64,000 bases of DNA from a virus (Duplodnaviria > Caudoviricetes), in IMG/VR virus record IMGVR_UViG_3300027627_000003, positions 1-64,000 of that record, one strand, 5' to 3'. Position 1 is the first letter of the stretch. Each line of letters opens with the position of its first letter. The position numbers and the translations under genes are program-made. Under the pieces are notes generated by a model. That model ran no database searches and had not been told where the DNA came from. It saw only the letters and a program-made list of their open reading frames with translations. Shown here piece by piece: positions 10,401 to 21,166 of this stretch.

Positions 10401-10966
10401 TCCCAAGAAGTGCCATCCCACCTATAAATACTATTTATATCTAAAACAGGTCTTAAATCGCCGGTCCCTGGACGAATCGTTAAAGTAGCGCCTACTTCGC
10501 TAGTAAGAGCAGCTATATTCATTTCAAACGAATTGGTGCCTACACTAACTATATAAGCGTTTGCAGGTATGTTAGTGCCTAGAACATACTGACCTACTAC
10601 CACAGACGACATATCGGACACATTTATTACCTGTGTCGTACCGTCTAAATTCCCTGTAGGTGTAACAGATAGTGGCAAATTGGCAATACTAGCCACAGAA
10701 TCCCGAATTTCACCAAGGTCTTTAATTGGATAATAAATTTGTAAATCATTTTTTAATACGATTGGGTTTGTAGCTGAAGGTGACGATAAACTACTTAAAG
10801 CATCTTTTTGGTCTGAATCTAAAACTTGTAAAGATACTTTAGTTAAAACGTCATCATATTTTTCTAGAGTAGATGTGTTTATGGCAGATTCATTTTTACT
10901 CGATAAGATCTTAACGTCGTCAATATTAACAACATCTGGCGTTAAAATTTTCTCATTAAAAGACAT
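7496..10966 (-). CDS. Virion tail protein with two beta-helix regions and repeated ~55-aa modules
   Basis: 1156 aa; EVFPGNY and YVLPGTY entry motifs, NCxF beta-helix repeats, three TTGxLPxxL...YY...GxGxH modules. Confidence 0.8.
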   Translation of the reverse strand: MSFNEKILTPDVVNIDDVKILSSKNESAINTSTLEKYDDVLTKVSLQVLDSDQKDALSSLSSPSATNPIVLKNDLQIYYPIKDLGEIRDSVASIANLPLSVTPTGNLDGTTQVINVSDMSSVVVGQYVLGTNIPANAYIVSVGTNSFEMNIAALTSEVGATLTIRPGTGDLRPVLDINSIYRWDGTSWELYLDTGTLDHTQLINQNADVSFQHITSAEKATLLGQNHTHGFTFLPSDVQTGFLAKDINKNETMLDDGVPIQLLTTGVLPSPLSTGITYYTVNTTPISIQLSTSLGGPSIVLLSQGTGSHSVFELPLLESITDAGSGKIITVDERKQIPSTDEKGALVGTVGTPSGINKYVTNQDVRLNTIKNPYVTVGTDPTCSYVGSDVAAFQNAFAGVTYMPTKLVVDSPGILKAPNTYEDGDLFFFKSAGLLPTGFSLNIPYIVKSPTLTDFRLALPSSPFDLLDIEDVGSQFDFVAADIDTVANTIHIPSHGLIDGIEVGFITTGTVPEGLYKNARYYIKYIDNNYISLSVAVGGDAIALTSQGSGTHTITSNFVVGNNGYLKAIEVFPGNYTMYAGHVFENLVWQQDEGLLLECRSGGANLTWECLTDALSILSGRAKVTVRGFTFTLKGANTRGISLSRNNCVIENCNFVGITPLGHNHKGITVNADNITIKKCNFSGYLFASIDVFGQSCRIQECSLNAPVAVKSTAVDTQIYNNVLNTAVSISSGAKNTSLIFNQIKSGFILSDNGTDTTYRENKVNVPAYINKKKTIGASYAADYQGNTSATFSAALSDPYVKELYVLPGTYNIASTINVPAGVTIYGASLSDTTSAVNFTQTSNQPIFTLNKKSKIENINLSFNQAIATSVVGEQAYIKNCKFNSQGYYASSITSDEVIIEDNDFIGTYGLNLSNVENLTIKNNRFQCNTDSLVTVGSNRLLIKNNFFIAGVTSLTGEKHIIEGNHFLAGSPDKSLSTDSIWQGNYPHPEANNYGGIDVLNIPVMNFLCPLTPGVSKTQILGLGVLSYLKTADAKAGMSLLPLAGHLLPTGTFDLKLHWTSNSGSGNVVWQIDVTFKNYNSGIIGTTQSQIVIAPRTQLDIREEEVVTVNFANASNYGGVVPTHVAVSIKRLPAHVSDTLPTEAFLVNANIRLKRY

Positions 10967-10968
10967 CC

Positions 10969-13848
10969 TTAATCCCTTGGTAGCGTTACTTTAATGTTTG
11001 TTAAGTAAGAACTGTCACTTAAAGTATCACCTGGATTTCCACCTAAACGACTAACTATCAAAGAAATATGAGTGGGGTCGGTAACACCACCATATTGTAA
11101 ATTTGTGAAATTGAAAGTAACTTTATCCTCATCTTTTTCAGTACTGCCACCAGTGCGACTAGATGTATTTTGCAACGACACTGAAGTACCAAAGGTCGAG
11201 GCAGTAGCATCTCTAAAGACTACAGTAGCCTCCCATTTTACGGCACCTGTATCCAGAAAAGAGGACCAAGAAAGCTCCACTTGAAAACCAAGTAGCTTAT
11301 TTATCCGACCACCGATCTCTAAAGGTGTTGTCGCAATAGAAGACGTATAATTAGGATCAAAGGCAAACGCTCCAACACCAGATAAATCGTTTAAATAAAC
11401 AACCCCAGATAGAGGCTGACAATATCCCGCGGCTTCTAAAATTATCGAACCAATACCGCTAATATTATTGGCAGTATTTGGGTAATTGCTTTGCCAAATA
11501 CTGTCGGTCGTACCAAGTTTAGTTGGTAGCGTTCCTAAGAAATGGTTTCCTTCAATAATTAGTTGACTACCACCAATATCCGGCGATGCTGCAGTGTCTA
11601 TAAAATAATTGTCTTTAATTTGATCTTGTGAACCGTTAACAGTTTGAATAGTAGCCAAACTATTTAAAAATATATTCTCAAATATTTGACCACGAAGATC
11701 AGTATTTCCGTATATACCTCTAGTTCCATTAAAACGATTATGTCTTATAGAAAAATTAGAGGCATTGTTTAGATATAAACTTGCATACGTGACAATACCC
11801 GTATCTGTTGCGTTGCTAGAAAATTCACAATCTTTAATTTCTACGTTTGATGTAGAAATTGTGATACATGGCGTATCAGTATGATTGAAATATAACCCCT
11901 CAATACTAGAATTCTGTTCCATATTGAAGGCAGCTACACCATTGGTAGTTATCTGAGTTAAAGTCTCAGTTAAAGCGGACGGTCTTAAGACGCCGCCTCT
12001 AATTCTACATCCTTTAAATACATCTACAGTTTTCGTAAAGGTATAAGTACCTGGTAGCACTTCTAAAAATAGGTTTGTATTGCGTACACGCGCATCGTCT
12101 AAGGCAGCTAAAAAGCCGGTTTCATCACTGGTACGGTAATCAGCATAAGAGTTTATTGGACCTACTGTACGGTAGGTGCCTATGTAAGGTTGGTTAAACT
12201 CTGCTGGTTGATTATTAATATAACGGCTACCTGAACCAGATTCGGTAATCAAGTCAGCAGCAAGTACTGTGTGCGTCCCTGTACCAGCACTACTACCGTT
12301 TATAGTGGAACCACCTGCAGTCAATGATATTTCAAAATTTGTGGGTGTTCTGTTTTTAACAAAATACCTTTTACCTATTACTAAAGGCGCGGGTAGCGTT
12401 CCAGAACTTGTAAAAGTAACTAAGTCACTATTTTGAAAGTTATGCACACAAGAAACAACCATAGGCGCAGTATTACTTATGGTACAAGTTTTGCCTGTAG
12501 AGGATTGTTCCCAGTAATTATTGAAGATATGAGCATATGTTGATTCTGTTTTTATGCGCCCACGCTTAAATGTATTATGGTCTACAGTGCAATTGGTCGC
12601 AGCAGCATAGATATGTACACTTAGGGCTTGTGTTACGGTTATATCAAAGGTGCATTCTTCGATTATACAATTGGGTGCTTTTACTTCGATTCCCTTAGTT
12701 AATAACCCCTCAAAACGGCACCGTCTAATAACAGTACCTGATCCTTCTAGTGTTAAACCAATTTGATTTGTACTAGTCGTCGGTCCAGGCTTAAATACAC
12801 AATCCTCAATAATCGTATTAGGTCTTAAGGACCTAATACCAGAGGTATTAAAATTATTAAGTTCAAAAACAAAACCCCTGATCACTAAAGGACTACCTGA
12901 AGCACCTAGAGCTTCTATACTTGCCTGAAATGTCTGGAAGGACAAAATCACACTGCCTGGAGCAAAGGCTTCAAGTAATAGAGGAGCAGTATTATTCCAA
13001 GTTAAAACTGTACCACCTAAATTATAAGAGCCAGGAAGTACCTCTATGGCTTTTATAGCGGAGGCACTTCCTGTGTCGATTGCCAAAAAAGCATTTTGAA
13101 ATGGTACTGAATCAACACCAGAATAAGTAGCTAACGATCCAGGTGGTCCAATAGTTATGTAAGGATTTCTTACAGTATTAAGCCTGGAATCTAAACTTGT
13201 GACGTATAGATTTGTGGCACTAGGTTGCCCTGACGTTCCCACCAAAGCCGCTTTTTGTGATGCTGTGGGTAAGTTATTTCGCTCGGCTGTTGTTATAATC
13301 TGCCCAGATCCAGAAGAAGTAATCTGTTGTAAAATCGATAAATTACTATGGATATGTGTTTGAGATAAAAGGTTAGATTTTTCAGCCGTGCTCAAATGCT
13401 GGTAGCTAGGGCTACCATTAAAATTAGTTAACTGTGTGTGATCTAAAGTTCCCGTATGAATAAAAGCAATCCATGCAGAACCATTCCAACGATATATAAT
13501 ATTGTCGTCGATAACAGCACGCAGGTCACCTGTTGTATTACCCGTAGGGGGTAAATCGGCAAAGGTCTGAACGGAATCTTTTACTTCACCTAGATCTGCT
13601 TGTGGTATGTAACTCTGCAAATCATTTTTTAGTACTATAGGGTTGGTAGCTGAAGGAACGGACAGGGTGTTATCAAAGGCTTCTTTTTCTGCGGGACTTA
13701 AAACTTGTGAGGCAAGTTTTGTTAAGATTGCATCATAACTTTCACCTACGAGCACGTTTAATAAGCTGTGGGCACTAGTCGAAAGTATTTTAGTATCTAA
13801 AATACTGATGACATCTTCTGTTTTTATTTTTTGGTTGGCTATCGCCAT
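10969..13848 (-). CDS. Virion tail protein, paralogue of 7496..10966
   Basis: 959 aa; shared PSATNPIVLKNDLQ, DTGTLDHTQL/HTGTLDHTQL and C-terminal FLAG/FLGT...DSIWQ motifs. Confidence 0.8.
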   Translation of the reverse strand: MAIANQKIKTEDVISILDTKILSTSAHSLLNVLVGESYDAILTKLASQVLSPAEKEAFDNTLSVPSATNPIVLKNDLQSYIPQADLGEVKDSVQTFADLPPTGNTTGDLRAVIDDNIIYRWNGSAWIAFIHTGTLDHTQLTNFNGSPSYQHLSTAEKSNLLSQTHIHSNLSILQQITSSGSGQIITTAERNNLPTASQKAALVGTSGQPSATNLYVTSLDSRLNTVRNPYITIGPPGSLATYSGVDSVPFQNAFLAIDTGSASAIKAIEVLPGSYNLGGTVLTWNNTAPLLLEAFAPGSVILSFQTFQASIEALGASGSPLVIRGFVFELNNFNTSGIRSLRPNTIIEDCVFKPGPTTSTNQIGLTLEGSGTVIRRCRFEGLLTKGIEVKAPNCIIEECTFDITVTQALSVHIYAAATNCTVDHNTFKRGRIKTESTYAHIFNNYWEQSSTGKTCTISNTAPMVVSCVHNFQNSDLVTFTSSGTLPAPLVIGKRYFVKNRTPTNFEISLTAGGSTINGSSAGTGTHTVLAADLITESGSGSRYINNQPAEFNQPYIGTYRTVGPINSYADYRTSDETGFLAALDDARVRNTNLFLEVLPGTYTFTKTVDVFKGCRIRGGVLRPSALTETLTQITTNGVAAFNMEQNSSIEGLYFNHTDTPCITISTSNVEIKDCEFSSNATDTGIVTYASLYLNNASNFSIRHNRFNGTRGIYGNTDLRGQIFENIFLNSLATIQTVNGSQDQIKDNYFIDTAASPDIGGSQLIIEGNHFLGTLPTKLGTTDSIWQSNYPNTANNISGIGSIILEAAGYCQPLSGVVYLNDLSGVGAFAFDPNYTSSIATTPLEIGGRINKLLGFQVELSWSSFLDTGAVKWEATVVFRDATASTFGTSVSLQNTSSRTGGSTEKDEDKVTFNFTNLQYGGVTDPTHISLIVSRLGGNPGDTLSDSSYLTNIKVTLPRD

Positions 13849-16800
13849 TTATGAAGCCCTTGTAATATAAACTGTCTGTATGATGCGACCTACCTCTGGT
13901 GGTATAGTAAAAGTCAACTGTCCTGTTGGAAAACCCGTCATGCCAATCTCTACCGTAAAATCGACATCCTCTCTTTGTACTAAACCATCCATAGCAACGA
14001 TTACTGAATCTTTAGAGGTTGGCAGTTCTGTCGTTAATAAATGAGGAATTGTAAAAACATTTACGACACCATCACCTGTGCCTACGGTAACTTGTCGCCA
14101 AGGCTCTGCAGCTAACACACCTTCATTAAAATGTGCCCATAAAGTTTGAGGGGTGGAACTTACAGGATCGATATTTGGAGCAAATGCTCCTAGAAAGGTA
14201 ATCGAAGAATTGCCGGTATCAACTTCATAATCAATATTTTGAATATTTAAAAGACCATCCAAAAATACTAAAAGAATATTTTGGTCCGCAAACGGAGAAT
14301 TAGGAATAGCAAAATTTTGATTGCTGCCGTCTATAGTGCCTGTCAATTCCACTACGTGTTCATAAACGCAGGCGTCACCATAAGGTATATACCAAGCCCA
14401 CAAAACTTGTTCACTTTCAGGTGGGGTAATAAAAGTTATTCGTCCATGACCTGCTACAACACTATAGTTATAAGTGGTAGGTGGTTGAAGTATGCCATCT
14501 AACCACAATAATAAAGAATTTTGTCCAGCGCATGAAGGTAGAGATAAATCAAATATGCAATTAACGCCATCAAGTACACCTGTTGGTGCTTCCTGAAAGG
14601 GCAAGTTATTTACTATTCTTATTAACGTACCATCTTGGTCTACATTTATTTCTACATCGCTTAAATGTGCTGATAATCCTTGTGTGTATTGCCCTTTGGG
14701 GTAAGCACAAGGTAAATTCACTTCCATAGAATCCAACGGATGGTGTTCTACGGGATAGACCTGTGAAACCATATAAGGTTCTTGTCTGTTAGTCGGCTCA
14801 GTATCAAATTTTATATCGACACCACCATAACCTTTATATAAACGGGTACTAATACCATCTAAGGAGACTATAGGTGCCTCTTGATGATAAAATTGCTTTT
14901 CTGCCCGCATAGGCAAACCTAACTTAGCATCTGTACCATCTATAAAATTAGTTGCACGAATGGATGCGCCAACGACTACAACAGGATTATTAAACTTCGC
15001 TCCAATTTGTTTTGATATAAGACTTATATGCCCATCAGTTAGATCTAATAAGTATTGACTAGTTAAATTTATATTTGACTGAATCAAATCAGCTAAAGCT
15101 AGCGTATCATCTGATTGACTTACTCCAGCTAAAAATCTATTACCGTATCCTTCTATAGTACGTGTAATAGTAATTTCGACGCGATTATTTACTGTATAGA
15201 GAGTGTCTGCATATAAATGATGCGTACCTGTACCACCTGAAGTTAAAGTAACAATACTACCAGCTACGCTTTCATTTAAAGCGATATTGTTTTCATCTAC
15301 AACATGGACGTAGTATGTTTTAGCGTTTAAAAGACCTGCGGGCAAAGTTCCTGTAGTCAAAACAGTTACAGGCTGAGTTTCATAATATCCGTGGTTAATT
15401 TTATAAATAGTATTAGGTATAAATTCATTTACATTTATAGGATCGAAAGTGTGGCTAGGACCGACTACAGAGAAAAGCGGCTGTGATTTACTACCTGCTG
15501 TTTTTTCAAAATCTAACGTAAACCCCGTAGCAAAATTACCTATTACAACTACATCATTTAAATGGGGTATAAGTCTAATTGTGGACTGTATAACAGCCGC
15601 TGTTGCATTATAATTAATATAAGATGTTTTATACTCAGCAAACTGTAAAGCAAATTTACCAGAACTAGGTACTGTAGAAAAAGTTATTAACTGTTGTTCA
15701 TTCTTAGTTAGTGGAACACCACCAGTAATATTTGAGACAGTTAATGAAGCACCTACTTTAGTTAGAGTTTGATTAAAATTTGGTTTTCTTGCTTTTATCG
15801 TAATTATACTGCTGGAGTAAGAGGCTAAAAAATTTGTACTAATCGCGTCATAATTATTTATTACAGTTGTTAATGCTTGAGCATCTTCTTTTAGGCTCTT
15901 TAAGCAAGGAAACTCTGTAGGTAGCGCACCAGAAGCAACATAACCCAAACCAGTGCCTATACCGGATATATCGATGATATTCCCACCGTTCACACTTGTA
16001 GACAATTTAAAGCTGTTGAGTGTGGTTTCCGCAACGAAGTATCTTGTTAATGGAGTAATACCTGTAGGTGCGTTACCTGTAAAATATAGGTAAATTAATT
16101 GATTATTAAGAAGACCGTTATTTATAAGATTTATACTATTATTAATAGTATCTACATCAGCATCAGCAGCAAAAGTACCGTGCACTAAAGGGCTACTGTA
16201 AGTAGTATAGGATACAGCTTTGAAGGTTATTGCAGATTCAACAAAAGTTAGAGTATCAAATTCATTTATTTTAGATGCTACATTTACCGTACCTATAGCA
16301 CCTGCTACACCTAAGAGAATATCACCTGAGATAGTGATTGAATCTCCGGCTTGTATTACTCCATCATTATAAATATCACATTTAGCATAGCTGCCCTGGT
16401 AGGTGCCTTGTCTTGTTAAATATCCTTGATGCCAAGAGCTTTCAGGCGCATTTCCTAATAGATCAGTTGTGGGATAACTAAACCATAACTTTTGTCCTAA
16501 TTGCGGTGTAAAAGTCAGTTGTATTTGAGTGTCGTCGAGGACTGTATATTGTTGATTATAACCTTGGACTAAAACTCTCCCGTCTAAAGTCGCATACAGT
16601 GCCTCATGTATTGGGCAGCGTGTAGGTAGAGTAAAAGTTTTTCTCAATCCATCGTTCTGCTCTATAGGTCCGACGTTGCTCCAATATTCCCATTCGGTAT
16701 CATATTGGCATTCTAAAACCTGTCCTGTAACGGGAGGGTAATGCATGACAATGTGATTACCTGCAGCACTTGGAAATATAGCATAGTCGATAATATAATT

Positions 16801-19242
16801 ATCGCCCAATGTTTCTGAGAACTGAACCTTCATCGAAAAAGCAGTTTTATTTGTAAAAGAAATAAGTGGTATCGAAACAGGGCTAATAGCCTCAGTATTC
16901 CAAAGTTGGATTAATATAACAACTTCTTCAAAGTATGGTCCTTCTAAGAAAGTAATTTCGAGTGTGTCACTTCCGTTAGGCACTGATACACTGTCGTTTT
17001 CGAGGGCAATATTATTTTCCTCTAATAACCACCAATGTAATTTAGTGTTAGTAGTGGCGTCTGAAAATTCTATAAGAGCACTTGTAGTAGTGTGTGAACG
17101 AACAATACAATCTATTTGTGTGGCTACTTGTGCTTGCAACACTAATGAATACCCAAAAGACCAATAATTTTGGCTACTCCAAAGACCAGTGTTTATACTA
17201 TATATGTATCCTGTATCTGTATTAGCAGATGTAAATAATATTTCACTACCAATCTGTAAACCAGCATAGCTCAGAACTAAGAAATATTCTGTTCCTGCCT
17301 GTAATGAAACAGTAGATGAAAAATTAAGAGTCACATCAACATCAGGTATAACAGAAGTTACGGCAAAAGGTTCAGTGGTTGCTAGAGGTATCCCACTAGG
17401 TAAACCGTTATCTACGGCTTGTATTTGAGCTAAGAGATTAGTAGAGCCACCTGCCCATTGTGATACAGATATCCTTACCGTCACTTCGGACGTAATACCA
17501 CCGTAGAGCGGAGTAAACTTTTGCGCTAGCTTGTCATAATTAAAGGTTAAGCCAATCGCACCAGATGTTGTACCTACAACTGATAAAGTTTCGTTACCTA
17601 CGTTACCTACGTTACCTTCGTCACCTAACTGTACGAAAAGTTGGTACTGAAAATCCAAAGCAGGCGTCGGGAATACTAAGTTATAATTAGTAACACCTAT
17701 GGGCACGGATGCCGTACCATACTGGTTCTTACCTCCGTAGCTACTAGCTGCTAGGTCTGGTGTTATATAGTGTAATTTAGCTTCTTGTGGTCCAAGGATC
17801 GGAGGTGAAGAAATAATAAAACTAAGATTAGTGTCGGTCTGGTTATTTGCCGTTACAAGAAACTGAGTATTTACACCACCCATTATTTCTATAGAAGAAA
17901 AAACAGGAGCATTAATTCTTCTAGGTGTACCTACAGGAATATCCAAAATCATTGGATTCAAAGAAGATGCAATAGGATAAACACCCGACCGGAAATCATC
18001 TTCAATAGATATATGATAATCAACTAAGTATCTTAATAACAAACCATCTAAAAATAATTTTAAAGCAGAGTGGGTAGCTGGTACTTGTGATAAATCAAAA
18101 AAGCGATTAACACTATCTATATTTCCTGTCGGTATTTCATAAACCCATTTATGTTTATTATAAGAAATATCATATTGCTTTTCAAATCTTCCACTCAAAG
18201 ACCAGTCTTGAAATTTTGTGACTGCAAGTAAATCAGTATCCGGTGTGAGGAGTGCGGGCATACTATTATCTAACGGATAGGATGCCTGACAAAAACCCAT
18301 AAAGATTTCTTTTTCAGACACTAGAGAAAACCGAAATATACGCTCAAAGCAAGTACTTCCTACAACTCCTTCTAATACAGTGTTTGCAAAATCAGATTCA
18401 AAATCGAAAACATGACGATGTAGGGCGTCACCCTGCTTAATAAAAACTTCACCTTCATTTATTTGCACGAGTGAAAATAATTGAGGAAGATTGTTTATAT
18501 ATTGTAGAAAAGTTCTCCAGCGTTCTACTTCACGGTTAGGTAACCATACGTGAGCCTCATAACCAGCAAAGTCTTCTTCCCCTCTATAAAGAGGTGTCTC
18601 GGCTATACCTAAATTTTTCATAGGCATTATGACGGGATGTGAAGCAGAAAAAGCAGCTAGCAGTTCATCTATTCCTGCATCCGTACCTGGACGCCAAAGC
18701 ATGTTTTTGACTAACAATTTATTTGCTAAAACCGCAAGGATTTCTAAATCGGTAGGTATATACTTATTAAAAGTAGAAATTAATGGGTTGGCTAAAATAT
18801 AACCAACTTCAGATTGAACATTATTTTCTAGATTCTTAATTGGAACCCAAGAATAATTTGCTATCTGTTCTGATTCGGCTTGAAAAAGTACTGCATAATG
18901 CGCGACAGCTATTCTAAACGTGCTTTGATTGCCTTGATTATCTAAAATCAAGACATTATTATATCCATGACTTAACTGTACAGGCAGGTATTGCACGTCA
19001 CTAGTTGGTACAAAGCCTATTGTGGGTGAATCCGCATTTTGACTTTCAGCCATTACATGGAAAATATAAGGGGTATTGGCGGTCAAACCTGACACTTTTA
19101 ATGTGACTGGACGATCAGAGGTATGAGTAGGTACAACAATATCAGCAGTGATATTGTCTTCCCCAGTCGGCAAAGAGGCTAATAGTCGGTTATAAGTTTC
19201 CGATATTAAACCTAAATTATATTCTAATTTAATTACACCCAT
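13849..19242 (-). CDS. Large baseplate wedge/tail structural protein with repeats
   Basis: 1797 aa directly after the baseplate J-like gene; five GxxDGxNxxF...LDG repeats. Confidence 0.7.
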   Translation of the reverse strand: MGVIKLEYNLGLISETYNRLLASLPTGEDNITADIVVPTHTSDRPVTLKVSGLTANTPYIFHVMAESQNADSPTIGFVPTSDVQYLPVQLSHGYNNVLILDNQGNQSTFRIAVAHYAVLFQAESEQIANYSWVPIKNLENNVQSEVGYILANPLISTFNKYIPTDLEILAVLANKLLVKNMLWRPGTDAGIDELLAAFSASHPVIMPMKNLGIAETPLYRGEEDFAGYEAHVWLPNREVERWRTFLQYINNLPQLFSLVQINEGEVFIKQGDALHRHVFDFESDFANTVLEGVVGSTCFERIFRFSLVSEKEIFMGFCQASYPLDNSMPALLTPDTDLLAVTKFQDWSLSGRFEKQYDISYNKHKWVYEIPTGNIDSVNRFFDLSQVPATHSALKLFLDGLLLRYLVDYHISIEDDFRSGVYPIASSLNPMILDIPVGTPRRINAPVFSSIEIMGGVNTQFLVTANNQTDTNLSFIISSPPILGPQEAKLHYITPDLAASSYGGKNQYGTASVPIGVTNYNLVFPTPALDFQYQLFVQLGDEGNVGNVGNETLSVVGTTSGAIGLTFNYDKLAQKFTPLYGGITSEVTVRISVSQWAGGSTNLLAQIQAVDNGLPSGIPLATTEPFAVTSVIPDVDVTLNFSSTVSLQAGTEYFLVLSYAGLQIGSEILFTSANTDTGYIYSINTGLWSSQNYWSFGYSLVLQAQVATQIDCIVRSHTTTSALIEFSDATTNTKLHWWLLEENNIALENDSVSVPNGSDTLEITFLEGPYFEEVVILIQLWNTEAISPVSIPLISFTNKTAFSMKVQFSETLGDNYIIDYAIFPSAAGNHIVMHYPPVTGQVLECQYDTEWEYWSNVGPIEQNDGLRKTFTLPTRCPIHEALYATLDGRVLVQGYNQQYTVLDDTQIQLTFTPQLGQKLWFSYPTTDLLGNAPESSWHQGYLTRQGTYQGSYAKCDIYNDGVIQAGDSITISGDILLGVAGAIGTVNVASKINEFDTLTFVESAITFKAVSYTTYSSPLVHGTFAADADVDTINNSINLINNGLLNNQLIYLYFTGNAPTGITPLTRYFVAETTLNSFKLSTSVNGGNIIDISGIGTGLGYVASGALPTEFPCLKSLKEDAQALTTVINNYDAISTNFLASYSSSIITIKARKPNFNQTLTKVGASLTVSNITGGVPLTKNEQQLITFSTVPSSGKFALQFAEYKTSYINYNATAAVIQSTIRLIPHLNDVVVIGNFATGFTLDFEKTAGSKSQPLFSVVGPSHTFDPINVNEFIPNTIYKINHGYYETQPVTVLTTGTLPAGLLNAKTYYVHVVDENNIALNESVAGSIVTLTSGGTGTHHLYADTLYTVNNRVEITITRTIEGYGNRFLAGVSQSDDTLALADLIQSNINLTSQYLLDLTDGHISLISKQIGAKFNNPVVVVGASIRATNFIDGTDAKLGLPMRAEKQFYHQEAPIVSLDGISTRLYKGYGGVDIKFDTEPTNRQEPYMVSQVYPVEHHPLDSMEVNLPCAYPKGQYTQGLSAHLSDVEINVDQDGTLIRIVNNLPFQEAPTGVLDGVNCIFDLSLPSCAGQNSLLLWLDGILQPPTTYNYSVVAGHGRITFITPPESEQVLWAWYIPYGDACVYEHVVELTGTIDGSNQNFAIPNSPFADQNILLVFLDGLLNIQNIDYEVDTGNSSITFLGAFAPNIDPVSSTPQTLWAHFNEGVLAAEPWRQVTVGTGDGVVNVFTIPHLLTTELPTSKDSVIVAMDGLVQREDVDFTVEIGMTGFPTGQLTFTIPPEVGRIIQTVYITRAS

Positions 19243-19244
19243 GT

Positions 19245-20669
19245 TTACGATCTTACAATTAAAGATGATGAAATGGAATTGAATCTTGGAATTTCGTTCT
19301 TAAGAGGTATAACTACTTCCACATCGCTTAGGGATTTTACCAGCCTCTTAAATTTATAAATTTTAACGCTATCGACATCTGGAATTGACGATTTGATAAA
19401 ATCAGAAAGACTTTTTGCGTCTAACGATTCTGGTATTGTTCCAGGTTCAATATAGTTTGCTACAATACTTGGTAATGCTGTTCTTACGTCGTTTACACTT
19501 GCCAAAGGTGAGGTCTTGAGTTTGAGGTCTAGACCTACCGTTACAGGTAAATCTACAAACGAGCGTACTAACACATCGGTCTTGAATATAGCATCATCTG
19601 ACGACGACATGATGGATTGAAGCTCGCTTAATAAACTATTTTGTACGCCGATTATATTCACGACATCATTGGCGGTCAGGGGTATTATAAAATTTATTTT
19701 ATTTTGTGCTTTAGTTGATCTCGTATATTCTACAGATGATTCTGCTTGAAAATACCACAAATTAGCATCGAGTATTTCACTATTTACAAGGACTTGGGAT
19801 ATAGATGTTGCTGTTGCCGTATCTAAGATCAAAGTAGCTTCTCCACCTACCGCAAAATATTCTTCAGAAAACTGTAACGAGATTGTGCCTTCAACACATA
19901 AATCCAACGCGGGACCTGTAGTAGGACGCCTAAATTCTAATCGGTCTGAAGGTCGCACTATGGCAGTAGTGATGATTCCAGTAGGGATAAAACGATTCGC
20001 AAGTGTGGCTATACCTGTTATTGAATTTAAATTAATTCCTTTAAATTGTTGTAGTACTCTGCTGACTAATTCTTGTGACGTTTCAGGCTCTGTGCCTCCA
20101 GCCATAGCTGCATCTTGGCGTACCCCATCAAAATCACTTTGATTTATAGATCCAATAATTTTTGTGATTCGTTTTGGTGGTAAATTATAAATCGAACCCG
20201 GATTAACAGATTGTATCGCAACACTAATCTCATATTTATTTGTTTGTGGATTATAATATGTACTGGCGTAGTCGCCTAACATATACACAGCATTTAATGT
20301 TTGAAATAAATATTGTCCATCTACTGTGCCTATTATAAGCCCAACAGGAATAAATAAAGTCACACCAGCCGGTGGGGGGGAGTTTCGGATAAAAGTTAAA
20401 TTGCCAGTAGATTTTTCACCTAAAGAAACCGAGATACCAAAATTGTTCGCAAAATCTAGTGCTTCATCTGAAGTTGCTACGTTAGGAAAATTGCCGCTGT
20501 AAAACTGTGTCATTCTATCCACAGAGCTTTCAACGTAAGCAAGCTCTGTAGGTATAGGTCGCAAAGTATAGTCGTAGGTGGGACCGACAGCTAAATCTAG
20601 ACTTGGATTTATATTGTTAAAGCTATTTTTAAGACTTTGTGTGATTTGCTGTTCGGAACGTGCCATCAT
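19245..20669 (-). CDS. Baseplate J-like (wedge) protein
   Basis: STGNLTF, IPVGLII, GSIYNLPPKRI, GGTEPETSQELVSR match the baseplate J pattern. Confidence 0.85.
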   Translation of the reverse strand: MMARSEQQITQSLKNSFNNINPSLDLAVGPTYDYTLRPIPTELAYVESSVDRMTQFYSGNFPNVATSDEALDFANNFGISVSLGEKSTGNLTFIRNSPPPAGVTLFIPVGLIIGTVDGQYLFQTLNAVYMLGDYASTYYNPQTNKYEISVAIQSVNPGSIYNLPPKRITKIIGSINQSDFDGVRQDAAMAGGTEPETSQELVSRVLQQFKGINLNSITGIATLANRFIPTGIITTAIVRPSDRLEFRRPTTGPALDLCVEGTISLQFSEEYFAVGGEATLILDTATATSISQVLVNSEILDANLWYFQAESSVEYTRSTKAQNKINFIIPLTANDVVNIIGVQNSLLSELQSIMSSSDDAIFKTDVLVRSFVDLPVTVGLDLKLKTSPLASVNDVRTALPSIVANYIEPGTIPESLDAKSLSDFIKSSIPDVDSVKIYKFKRLVKSLSDVEVVIPLKNEIPRFNSISSSLIVRS

Positions 20670-21157
20670 TGTCCTTTTTTGTTAAAAAATTCAAAGCCAA
20701 GAGATATCGGTGGTGGTAATACGTGTCGTATACTTAGAGGCTTGAAGTCTAAAAAGAGTGTTTTTCCCACAGTAGTAGCTGGATCACCTACTTGTGCCTC
20801 CGATATAAAAGCAGCAGCTTGCGATGCCGGATCTACAAATACAGCAACATTACTAAATTTTTGTATTTTTTCTCTTTCATCATCTAAAGTAATATCGTTA
20901 GATTGTTTCTGTAAAATTAAATTATTTGCTGTAGTCAAATCGGAATATAGTTTTGCTCTAAATTCAGCTAAAGAATTAATACCTGAATAATATTTTATAT
21001 TTAAATAAGAACCCCAATTCCTAATAGGATCATAATCTGTTGTATATAAAGAGAAAAGTTCTTGATCTACTTTAGTAGGTCCAGACACAATTTCTGTCCG
21101 ACCGGAATCTGGATTGATAAACAAATCACCATCGGCTTTTTTTAAGGCAACAGACAT
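20666..21157 (-). CDS. gp25-like baseplate wedge subunit
   Basis: DGDLFI...VSGPTKVDQE...YDPIRNWGS pattern and position next to baseplate J. Confidence 0.6.
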   Translation of the reverse strand: MSVALKKADGDLFINPDSGRTEIVSGPTKVDQELFSLYTTDYDPIRNWGSYLNIKYYSGINSLAEFRAKLYSDLTTANNLILQKQSNDITLDDEREKIQKFSNVAVFVDPASQAAAFISEAQVGDPATTVGKTLFLDFKPLSIRHVLPPPISLGFEFFNKKGQ

Positions 21158-21166
21158 ATATCCTTT

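Noticed and set aside
17590-17617. 9-bp tandem repeat GTTACCTAC
   Set aside because: In-frame GNV repeat in a structural protein linker; unremarkable
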